This document shows, in pieces, positions 36,069-47,800 of a stretch of DNA of 64,000 bases. The stretch is from Phaeosaccion multiseriatum (taxonomy: Eukaryota; Protista; Ochrophyta, other classes), in assembly GCA_965112735.1 (NCBI GenBank), contig OZ218951.1, forward strand, positions 558,001 to 622,000, in the 5' to 3' direction. Every line of letters starts with the position of its first letter. Position 1 is the stretch's first letter. The position numbers and the translations under genes are program-made. Under the pieces are notes generated by a model that saw only the letters and a program-made list of their open reading frames with translations, was not told the DNA's origin and did not search any database.

Positions 36069-38030
36069 TCGGAGGGAGGAGGGGAAGAGGGGTGGGACCA
36101 AGTGAGCGGAACAGAGGGCGGAGGGGGCGGACGGACAGGGCTTCAGCGTGATGCGTACTACCCAGCCCTCGAACCCAACGCCACTGCTGCTGAGTCCAGC
36201 CAACCCACATAGCCCCCACCCACCCACTGCCCCTCTTACGCCCTCACTCACCTCATTGGTAAGCTCCATGACGGCCTCCACGTCCTGCCACACCTTGCTC
36301 TCCATGTCTCGGATGAGGGCGGCCTCGTCCTCGCTGAAGGGGGCATCGTCAGGTACGCCTTCGAGCACGTCGGCGACCATGAAGGGCTTCGTCTGAGGGA
36401 GGGGGGTGTTGTGGTACCCGACAGACAGGCAGGCAGGCAGACAGGCAGGTTGACAGATGGACAGACAGACGGGCAGGCAGGTAGGTAGAGACAGACAGGC
36501 AGGCAGGCAGCAGGTAGATGGACAGAAAGACAGAAGAACACGCAGAGATGATTGCAAGTGCATGTCAAAAAGCGTCGCTTAGTGCATGCGGTGGCATGAG
36601 GGAGGCAGGAGCGGGGAGAGGGAAGAGCCATTATCGTACGTCAGAACCAAAACCAACAGAACCAGCCCCAATGCGGAACTCATGTATACACCACACACAC
36701 ACGTACACACACACATACACGCACGCACACACCTGCGTAATTCGCAGGATCTTGAAGCGAGAGCGCCCCTCGGTGAGGATCTCTTGCCTGCCGTCATCCA
36801 AGAGAGCCTTGTCGGTAATTTCCATCACTGGTTGGGAGCCGAGCGGAGGCACATGGGCAGTGCAGGGCACAGCAGCAGGCCCCACGCACAGAGTGAGGCA
36901 TGTTAGCGAGAGTGTAGAGTGAAGCCATGCGATAGTGATACGATACGTGGAAGTAAGTGTGCGTATACCGCGGGAGGTGGGCAAGTAAGTCTGCTGCGTG
37001 CACCGGCTGGGCTGTCGTGGAGCCCTGGAGCCAACCCTCACCCTCACGTCCTCACCTGTTCCATACGCGGAGACTTCGTCGGGTTGCTTCTGGTTCAGCA
37101 TCACTATGCCGAATTTGTTGTCTGTGCTGCCAATCTTATTCATCATCTGGCGGTCTGCCACGCACACGCACACACACGGAGGGAGGGAAGGACGGAGGAC
37201 GGAGAAGGGGCAGTGGGTGAGGAGGAGGAAGAAGCAAGTATGCAGCGGAGAAGGTGGGTGGAGTGGAAGTCTGAAGGAGTGGGGTACGCATGGGGGTTAG
37301 GCGAAGACGGGAAAATGCCGAGCAACAGATAGGGAGCAAGGCTCCTTTCGTGCTCCCCCCTCCATTGCCGCCGCTCCCTATTGTCCTGGCCTCCCTCCCC
37401 TCCTTGTCTAGGCATGGGGCGACGTACATCGCATCTCGAAAATGTGCAGAGGCAGTATCGCCGATGGACAAGGACAGCCTCCTCCCAAAGGGAAGATCGG
37501 CAGCGATCGCACCACGCCCTCTCCGCTCTCTTGCTCGTCCACATCAAGGCCCACATACTCCACCTAATCGACAAGAATGAGAAGTGTGGCGGGGTTAGAG
37601 GGAGGACGTACAATCGGAACACTTGAAATGACTGGATCACACCTCCCCCGGCCTGTCTTTCCCCCACCCCTCTCCCTCGTTGTCCTCTCCATCGACGCTC
37701 ACGTACAAGGTCTGTCGCCAAGGCCGGAGTGGGCATCCCATCCAGGTCCAGGTCGTCCTCGTCGTCGTCATCGACTGAAGAAGCGACTGCCAGCCGACCC
37801 CTCCTTCTCCTCCTACTCCATGGTGTTCGGTGAGAAGAAGCAAGGCCTCTCCTGCTGCTGACTCGGCTACTACTGCTACTTGTGATACTGCTACAAGTGC
37901 TCACACAAGAAGAGATTGCGGCTCGTCCTGAGGGCACAATGGGGGAAAACGCTACCGTGAAGCACACGCAGTAAGATAATAGTAACCCCAGCGCCGCTGT
38001 TGCGGCTCTTGCACCACCTGCAGCACTCAT
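35452..38030 (-). CDS. Plastid-targeted stand-alone Lon N-terminal (LON_substr_bdg/PUA-like) domain protein
   Basis: Signal peptide with A|F cleavage motif (CFTVA-FSP) and Ser/Arg-rich transit peptide. LPIFPL..LPLHIFEMRYRQMM..FGIV..GTVMEI..LDDGRQEILTEGRSRFKI..PFMVADV..KQKMHQTRSTLDRL are Lon-N motifs. No AAA+ or protease domain. Confidence 0.88.
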
Positions 38031-38836
38031 CTTCTCCTCTTAGGTAATGATTTCCCTCTGGCGTGGTAAAAGTAGATGCTATCGATTTTTGGAGGGATTC
38101 TCAAGCTCAAACGGAAATTACCCAGGGGTGGAGTGAGGATTGTCTGTGGGGAGGGCAACAAAAGCGGGCAGAGAGAGAGAAGGGGAGGGGAGAAAAGGAA
38201 GGTGAGGGCTCGGGAGGGTGAGGGATTCGTAGCTGTAGTGGTGTGCGTCGGAGGGGGCAGGGTTTTTCTGAAGAAGGCGTGAGAATGCGCTGCTCACCGT
38301 GAGAAAAGGAGAAGATGATAGAGAGGGAAGCTCCAGCAGCAAGACGAGGGGAAGGGGAGGGGCGCTGCATGGGCCAGCGTGGATATATAGATGAGTTTGC
38401 TGATTCTCTCGCGCAGCGGCGGATGGCTTCCTTGAAGTGCCTAGGCTCCTTTTGTGTGATCAGGATCCTGCGGCTCGAAGAAGAGGGAGGAGAAGCCAAG
38501 GGAGTAGTAGCACAGGGGGGGGGGCAGAGAAGGTGCTAATCTCTAGACCCTATGATTGAGGTGGCGCCAGTGCAGCATGTTGTGGCAAGGGCGGGTCCAA
38601 AACACCCCCCCGTGTGTCACGAAGTCGAAAGATGGACGGAGGAGGGGATCGATTAAAGAGGGTACTTAAAGACTGTACGTATCAACCTCGTCTTCTCTTC
38701 TGCCCTTTGTGTCTCCGCGATCACCAACCACTAACGCCAGTCTCCCTCTCTATTTCTTTGCCCTGCCCCCCGCCCGCTGTCCTTGACTATCCCCACCATT
38801 CGAACACAGCAGGTAGCGCAGAGGAGGCAGGCAAAG

Positions 38837-41800
38837 ATGGCCTCCCGTTTCTTCCGCGGTTCGGACTCAGAGTCCTCTTCGGGCTCGGAATCGGACTCCG
38901 ACTCTTCAGGAGTGCGTGATAAGAACCAACGAGACCGGCGCCAGTGGGCTCTGGACAGTGATAGTGAGTATAGAAGGAGAAGAGGAGAGGGAGAGTGTCG
39001 TCCCTGGTACTGCAGCTTACGGAGCGAGAAGGAGGGGGTGTCTGCCAGCAGGTTTCAGCGGGGGTGGATTCATATCTCTAGTCTGCGTGGCGAAGGGGGG
39101 GAAACCGCAGCAGGGGTGGAGACAGCCAATGTGCAAAGGGTTTCGCCCGTGTCCCCTGGAGGGAGCCGAGTCATTCAACGTCAGATATGCAGTCAGCGAC
39201 ATAGTGCGGCACACACATTGCTGTGACTTCCTTCTGCAATGGAGGAGGCGGTGGGCGGCCCTGAGTGCTCACTTGAGTGGGGCTGGTTCGGGCGTTGAGG
39301 CGATTCGGGGGTCCCACCCTCCTGCTACCAAAGCATAGCGCAGAGCACGACCGCTGCAGTCGATCTGCAGTCCACGCACTGACCTTCGATTGGGAGTGGG
39401 TAGTGTCTCTGTTGCGTCCGCGCCAGCTCACTGGCAACAGGGCACAGAGGAGCCTTACCGAGGGGCAGCAGAGGGGGGCAGGAGAGGGAGAGGGAGGTGC
39501 GCCCACGATGAGGCACTCCACTCCCTCCCCTCATCACTTGAGAGCAGTGCCGAGAGAGGACCGCCCGAGACTGTGCAGGCACTGAGGAGGGGAGACAGTG
39601 GGGCACCGCCATTTTGGAAGATGCATGTGCATGCCCGCAGGGATCGGACATTGAGAGAGAGATTGCGTGGGAGTGGGAGGCGATTGAACAGTCTGCAAGC
39701 TGTCGCTCGGCGGTTACAGATCAGCACGCGGACCTGCCCACGCTCCGATGCAGAATGTGGCTTCGCCCACTCCTCCGATTTGTTGCTTGGGGCAAGGCCT
39801 CGTCCCTCGGGAACTGCCCCGTCTTACGCTCTTCCTCCCCCCCCCCCTCTCCCTCCTCTTTGCTCTCTACCTCCCTTTCTCTCCCCTCTCTTTCTCCGTC
39901 CACCCCCTTCCCTTTCCCTTCCACTCCCACTCCTCGTGTGTGTACGTGTGTGTGTGTGTGTGCCATGACGCAGGCGACAGCGAGGATGACGTGCGTGTGG
40001 TCAAGTCCGCCAAGGACCGGGCCTTCGACGCCGTGCAGGAGTGCTGCAGCAAGATCCGCAACAAGATGAAGATCTCGGACTGGAACGGTATCCAGACAGA
40101 TTTCGAGGACCTCAACAAGGCCATCACCAAGCAGAGCACCAAGCAGCGTGTCATCGCGGAGGGTGTGCCCAAGTTCTACATTCGGCTCCTCACAGATCTC
40201 GACGACTTGCTGGCGGCGACCCTGAAGGACAAGGCCGGAGTCAAGAAGATGAGTGCCACCAACACTCGGTCGCTGAACCGCATGAAGCTGCAGCTGCGCA
40301 AGCACAACAAGCTGCCCGAGTACGAGAAGCTTATTGAGGAGTGCAGGGCCAACCCCGCCAACTCCGCGGTCGAGGAGGGGGACAGCGACGACAGCAGCAG
40401 CAGCAGCAGCTCAGACTCGGACTCTGACTCAGGTGAGTCGACAGGGGGAGAGAGGGAGGGACGCCTCCGGGTCCTTCCTGTAGTTGTTATTTTGGGGGTG
40501 GGTTAATGCTGCCTACGCCTGCGTCTGTGGCAACACGAGAGGTGGAGGACGGAGAGGAGACGTGGTCTTGTTGTTGCATCCGTAGGGCGGGAGCTCAACC
40601 CCTCTCCAACTTGCTCGTCTCTGCATGTCTGTATTCGGCTCTGCTCGCCTCGTCTCTGCCAGACTCCAGCTCGTCCTCCGACTCCGACTCCGATTCGGAC
40701 AGCGACAGTGACTCGGACAGCGACTCGGACAAGCCGAAGAAGCCCAGCAAGGTCAGTCAATTCCGTCCGTCAGTCGGTCAGTCCGTCCGTCAGTCGGGGC
40801 CTTACTCACCACCAGTCATGTATTTCCAATATGGACAACTCTGTTGCGTTGCGTACGTATGGCTGCACGTGCTGTTGTTTGAGTGTGAGTGTGAGTGCGT
40901 GCGTGTGTGCCTGCGATGATTGCTTCACGACCTCCGGGTCATGAATTCCTCGTTTCCGACGCGGGGTGGTCTCTGGCACTGTGAAGTGCCTTGGGGCCCC
41001 TCGCACTCTGTGAGATCAATAGCATTCGATTGCGTCCCTTGAGCAGACACACACGCACACGCACCCACCCACACACACACGCACCCACGCCTCGTTACCA
41101 TTTTGGCTGCCCCTCGTCTTCGTGTCGCACAGCCGCACTTTTAGCTTCTCACCCCAATGCACACACACGTACCGTACCTGATACGTTTCTCTGCCCCGTG
41201 CATACACGTGATCCACCGCAGCCCCTGGACGAGCTGGACTCTGACGAGTGGCCGAGCGGCTCCGAGAGCGACTCCGACTCCGACTCGGACGAGGAGGGAC
41301 CGGTCATGGGCAGCGGCAGGGCCTTCTGGCTCAAGACGACCAAGGTGGAGGAGAGCACCAAGAAGAAGGAGAAGAAGCTCGCCAAGGTACTTGATGACTT
41401 ACTTGACTTGACTTGACTTGACTTGACGCTCAGTCAACCTCTGTTGACTGACTGGCATTACAAATTTGGAAAGGGGAAGGGGAGAAGAGGCGCTTTTTTT
41501 TGGAACACTCGAGGGATTTTTCTTTTCTTTGGTTCTCATCTGACCCCCCGAGCTTAACAAGTTTGGGTCTGAGGCGCTTTCTTTTGCGCCTCTGTAGACC
41601 ACGACCCTGTGCGCTACGGGCACATGAATGGAGACTCTCCACAGGCCGGGAGCTGGCGTGCTGCGGCCCCTTACGTTATTTTAGCTTTTGACTCTGGAGC
41701 AGTGGCAGCGCTCCTATCCCACCTGGCCGACATTCCATCTCTTTACTCTTCTCTCCCCTTCCCTCCCCTCCCATCTGTCGAAAGATGGGATACATTCGAA

Positions 41801-44800
41801 CATCGAGATTCAAACATCGTCATTCATGTAGTCGCTCTCGGGGGGCAACTTCCGTGTTTGTGCAAAAGATTTAACACATCCTTCTCCCCCCCCCCCCTGT
41901 GTGTTGGAATTGATCTGTTCTGAATTGCTCCAGGCGGAGGCGGAGCGCAAGGCCGGCAAGAAGGAGAAGGTGATCGAGCTCAAGAGCCGCACTGGCCCGG
42001 CCTTCACTATCGACCAGAACCTCGAACCGGAGGAGGTGGACAGGCAGCTTAGAGAAGGTCAGTAAGTCAGTAAAGAAGTGTGGGTGCGTGTGTGCGTGCA
42101 TGTCGTGGCTGTACGAGGCAGAATGAGGAAAAATAACTGATGCATGTATTGTCTCAGGCTTCGGTCCATGATGATTCACCTTGGAGAACTGACTGCCCTC
42201 TACATCTAGGCATTGCTCTACCCCATCCACACTCGCTACTCTTCTCTATCCAACTACATCGAAGTAGCAATTCTACAATCGGCAGAATGAGGAAAGACAA
42301 CTGATGCATGTATTGTCTCAGGCTTTGGCCCGTGATGATCAACCTTGGAGAACTGACTGCCTTCTATCTACGTCCTTACTCTTCTCCACCCCATCCCTTC
42401 CACACACTCACTACTCTCACCTACCAACCAAACCCAAAGTTGCCTTCGTCCCAAGCCCACCAGCCGATGACACACTGAAACTCACACTCCATCCGTCTTG
42501 GGTCGCTCCCCGCCCCCCGCCGATGTTCCTGTCCCCCCTTTCCTCCTCTCCTCACCACGCTTCACCGACACCCCCCCCCTCGACGACCGCCTTCGACCCC
42601 CACCCTTTCCCCTCCCCTCCCTTCCCTTCCCTTCCCCTCCCCTCCTGCAGTGCTGGCGTCGAGGGGACGCAAGGGCACCGACCCCCGAGATGTGTTACGG
42701 CAATTGTCCGCCCTCGGATACGTCAGCAGGAGATTCGGTGAGTGAGAGTGACATTGAGAGAGAGAGAGAGTGAGAGCGTGGCGTGCATGCAGCAGAGCAG
42801 AACAGAACAGAGCAGAAGATAGAGCGGCAGCGCCACGTGTAAGAAAAGAAAACAAGTATGCGCTTCTCCACCCGTGGGTACCGGTGCTCACGCGGCCTTA
42901 AGTGGCAAACACCAGGCGCAGGCAGATAGAGACAAATTAACTACGCTAACTACTTACTCACTCACTCACTCACTCACTCACCTACTGCTTGTTCTCCTCC
43001 CCCCCCCCCCTGTCCAGGCCCTCTGCGCGAGATCCCCATCCTTATGCACCTCGTGTCGGCGCAGTTCGACATGCTGCGCAACATGGATGACTACATGCCC
43101 ACGGACGTGTGGATGAGCAGCTACGGGCATCTCAGCCGGGTTAGTCATTAGTCACGAGGAATGAAGGAAGGAAGGAAGGGAGGGAGGGAGGGAGGAAGGA
43201 AGGAAGGGAGGGAGGGAGGAAGGAGAGGATGGAAGGGAGGGAGGAAGGAAGCGAGGGAGGAAGGGTGATCGGCGGGCAGGTCGGCAGGCTTGTGGGTAGG
43301 CTGATGTGATGGGTAGGCATGCGTGCGACCCCTTTCATGGGTTACAAACTGGTCAGATTACCCACGGTATGCCCTGAAATGAACCCTCCGATCGATAGGT
43401 GCTGGCGCTGCTGGAGACGGACACCTCCCTGCGGCTCGGGCAAGTGAGCAACGAGGACATGGCCGACCTTATCCTTGGTAACAGTGGAGACAAGGAGATC
43501 GACTTCGAGGCGGAGTTCAAGGTTATCGAGGAAAGGGCCAAGGAGCACGGAGAGCTTAAGGTGTGTGTATGTGTGTGTGTCGTATCATATGGGAGTGTAT
43601 GAGGGGTTGGGGAGGGAAGGTGTGGAGGGAGGGAGGGTACATGTTTGTGAGGATGGATGGATGGATGGATGGCTTGGCTTTGTCTTTTTGTTTTTGTCCC
43701 CACCCCCCGAGCTTAACAAGTTTGGGTCTGAGGCGCTTTCTTTGGCGCCTCTGTAGACCACGACCCTGTGCGCTACGGGCACATGAATGGAGACTCTCCA
43801 CAGGCCGGGAGCTGGCGTGCTGCGGCCCCTTACGTTATTTTAGCTTTTGACTCTGGAGCAGTGGCAGCGCTCCTATCCCACCTGGCCGACATTTCATCTC
43901 TTTGTTCTTGTCTACGCCTTCTCATGTGTGCCCTTCCGTTGCACACACACCCCGCACTTGATGTGTTCCGTCCACGCACCTCCCCAAGTAGCAATTCTCA
44001 CCTCACCTCTTTCCCCCTCCTTCCTCCTCTTGCCCTGCCTGCCGAAACGTCTGCCTACCCATATACATCTGTCTTCTTGCCTGCCCATATGCCTACCTTT
44101 GGTGGCTGCGTAGGTGGTGGGGTCAATCTTTGGCCACGGAGCCCGCCTGGAAGAGGAATACACCAAGTCCTTGCAGCGCATCAACCCACACACGTCCGAC
44201 TATATCACTCGCCTCAAGGACGAGAGCTCCCTCGTCAACCTCTGCGCCAAGGTCAGTCAGTCAGTCAGTCAGTCAGTCAGTCAGCCAGTCAGTCAGTCAG
44301 TGAGTTAGACAGTTGAGGGGGGGGGGGGCTTTCTTTGCATGTGCTGGTGGTGTGCGAGCGGCTTGTGGCCAAGCCTTTTCGCAGTCTTTCCCTCCCTCCT
44401 CCGTCACCCCATCTCTCCCTCCTCCCTCCGTCCCTCTTCTCTGCGGCAGATCATGGCTTACTACACACGCATCGGGGACAACGCGACCGCTTCGTCCGTG
44501 GCCCTCATGCAGGTAGGTACACGTGGTTGGGAGGGGCACAAACTCAAACTGGACCCCCAAACTGGGCCCCCAAACTGGACCCCTTCTCTCTGCGCCCTTC
44601 GCTCTTTCCTCTTCCCTCCTCCCCGGACACTCCTCCCCCCTCCCCCCTCCCTCGTTGCGCCGCGTGTGACTGTGTGTGACGCATCCCCGTCCCCCCCTCT
44701 TTCTCTCCCCTCCTTTCCCCTCCCCTGAAGGTTGAGCACTTGTACTACAAACATGACAGCATCGCCAAGACCGTATTCCAGGCACAGGCCTTCATCAACG

Positions 44801-47800
44801 AGTGGGGCCAACCCTCCGAGCTGCACCCCGGCTGCCTCAACATCCCCAAGGGAGAGCAGCCGAGCGGCCAGGACGAGAGTGAGTGAGGGGCGTGGGGTGT
44901 ATGCATGCATGTGTGTTTGTTTGTCTTGTCCTCCTCGTGGTAACACAGAAGACAGCAGGATGCGCAGAGTGATTGACTTGGTCAGACTTTGATGAGGGTC
45001 GAACGGCTCTTCTCACATCTCCTTGTCCTCCTTCTTGGCCTTCCCCCCCCCCCCCTCGTCCCCCTCCCCCGGCGCTCTTCCTTCAGACTCGGTACACCCC
45101 GCCTCCTTCCTGGGCTCTCCGCAGACGGAGGTATCGTCTCCGGACTACGGAGAGCTGCTCATGTCTCTGACGCAGTTCATCTACGCCAACGGCGACGACC
45201 GCAGCAAGACGCGGGCCATGCTGTGCACCATCTATCACCACGCGCTGCACAACCGCTTCGTGAGGGCCCGAGACTTGCTCCTCATGAGCAAGCTGCAGGA
45301 CGGCATTCATCAGGTACGTGAGGGCGTGAGAGTGTGGGTGGGGGGTGGGTGGGGCGGTGACGCTGGGTTGGGCAGGGGTGCGTGCGTGCGTGCGTGCGTG
45401 AGTGCCTTTACGTATATTCCGTGCTGAGGAAGGGGAGGGATGGAAGAAGAGGAAGTGAGGGGAAGGAAGGGGGTGAAGTAACGTGACGTGACGTCAAGTG
45501 TTGTGCACACATTGTTCTGTGGGGTATCGCGGTGATGAAGAAACGTATCCCATAAACATTCGCAGTGTTCCGCCGACGCTCGTGCTCTGCCAGAGCGCTT
45601 GAGCCTTGGGGCGATTTAACTTCCTTGGATGTCTGAGCGAACCCAAAACACAGAGGACAAATGTACAAGCATGCACACACGCACTCACACGCACACCTTA
45701 CCTTTCACTCGTCGCGTAGAGGGGCCGGAGGAGGGAAAGGCCCGGGGGGGGGGGGGCTTCTTAATGCAGTTTCACTTTCTTCTTGGGGAAACAAAAAAGT
45801 CTGACCGACCCCCTCTCCCCCTGTCTCTTTTCTCGTGCTGCGGCACCCTTGGGATGTCTGTTTCGCACCCCTGGGATATCTGTTTCGCGCCCCTGGGATG
45901 TCTGTTTCGGTTCCAGGTGGACGTGGACACGCAGATCCTGTACAACAGGATGATGGTGACTCTGGGGCTGTCCGCCTTCCGAGCCGGCATGATCTACGAG
46001 GGACACGAGTGCCTGCGGGACGTGTGCAGCTCGCGCGTCAAGGAGCTGCTGGCACAGGGCATTCAGCAGAACAGGTGCGTGGCTTTGGGTTGTCAGAGGG
46101 AGGCGTGGCTTGCTTGGGTGGTCGGTGAAGTTGATTGGTTGGTTGGTTGGTTGTTTGGTTGCTGGGTGTGTGGACTGTCCAAGGAAGGTGGCTTGGGCGG
46201 GAGGTTGTCGTCGCGGGCCTTACCGTCGTTCTTCTCCTCTGTAGTTGGTTGGTTGGTTGCTGGGTGTGTGGACTGTCCTCTGTAGTTGTTTGGTTGGCTG
46301 ATTGCCCCCCACGGACCTCACGACCCGCCCTCATGAAGCAAGCTTCTCTCGTCCCTCCTCGACCCCAACTACCGTGTAATACCGTGTATCACATCCTCCC
46401 TCTCGACGCGTACCCTGTCTCAAACCGTATCTCTGTTTTGTGCTTACCCACCCCCCTCCTCCTCCTCCCCTTTCCTCCCCTTCATCCCCTTCATCATCAT
46501 CATCAGGTATCAGGACAAGAACCCCGAGCAGGAGAAGGCCGAGCGCCGACGGCAGATCCCGTACCACATGCACATCAACCTCGACCTCCTGGAGTGTTGC
46601 CACCTCACCTCGGCCATGCTGCTGGAGGTGCCCAACTTGGCCAAGGAGGGCACGGACCTGAGGCGTCGAGTCATCAGCAAGCAGTTCCGGCGGTACATGG
46701 ACATCTACAACCGGCAGGTGTTCACGGGCCCTCCGGAGAACATTCGCGACCACGTCATCGCCGCTGCCAAGCACCTCATGACGGGCGACTACACTCGGGT
46801 ACGTATTTGCGCTTTTACTTGTTCCGTCCGGCGTTCCGTACATACTTCCGTGCTACCTTAAGATATTGCCAATGACCCAACGCCACCCCCCCCACCCCCC
46901 CCCTCCACTTCATGCGTACTTCTGAGCCATTGCCCTTAGCCATTGCCCTGAGCCGCTTCCCTGCTCTGACCGTGTGTACCCACTACCTACCCACCTGCCC
47001 CTCCCTGCCTACCGGCCCACCCCAGTGCGCCGACCTGATTCTGGGCCTGGATGTATGGAACCTCATTCCTGGAGAGGGCGAGGCGACACGTGTGAAGGAG
47101 ATGCTGCGCGAGAAGATCCAGGTGGAGGCCCTGCGCACCTACCTCTTCAGGTGAGAGAGGGGAGGAGGAGGAGGAGGAGGAGGAGGAGGAGGAGGAGGAG
47201 GAGGAGGCTCTCCTGTCACACTTGCCGCTTGCGTCCACACACTTTAGGGGGGGTTGCACTTCGGTATAGCCGCTGAATCGTTACATCAGTACTGATGAAC
47301 ACTTGCCCCTCTTTCCCTCCCTCCCTCCCTCCCTCCCTCCGTCCGTCCCTCTCGTGTGTGTGCCCCTGTCCCGCCCGTACCGCTCGTGCAGCTTCTCTGC
47401 GCACTATGAGTCGCTCTCTCTACCGCAGCTGTGCGACATGTTCAGCTTCAGCGACGAGGCGGGCAAGAAGAAAGCCCACAGCATCATCTCCGAGATGATG
47501 ATCCGCACGGTGAGACCAATGCAGGCATATGGGCAGGGCAGAGCACATTGCTTTCTTTCCTTCTTCACCCTGTGGCCTCTCCCTCACTGGGCGTTGGCCT
47601 CCCCTCCTCCTCGTGACTGAGCTCCGAGCTGAGTTGTGGACTCATGGCACCTCCCTCGCCCGCCTTTGTTAGACGCCCCATCTCACCCCTCTCGCCTCCC
47701 TCTACACGCTTCTCATTGGTTCCGTCTTAGGAAATCTGCGGTGCCTGGGACCAGCCCACTGAGACCATCGTTCTCCACAAGCAGGAGCCGAGCAATCTGC

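Noticed and set aside
41543-41735. U17/snR30, U19 or telomerase RNA identity for the duplicated element
   Set aside because: No AUAUUCCUA/AAACCAU motifs, no resemblance to U19 as recalled, and no CCCUAA-type template.
38964-44990. Further snoRNA candidates in other eIF3c introns (about 39400-39460, 42830-42912, 43305-43376, 44910-45020) and in DnaJ introns
   Set aside because: Only partial hairpins or boxes, with no convincing guide or complete box set by eye.
45843-45909. Repeat derived from the U14 3' end (CCTTGGGATGTCTG vs CCTTGGATGTCTG)
   Set aside because: The match is short, there is no D box or C box, and it could be chance.
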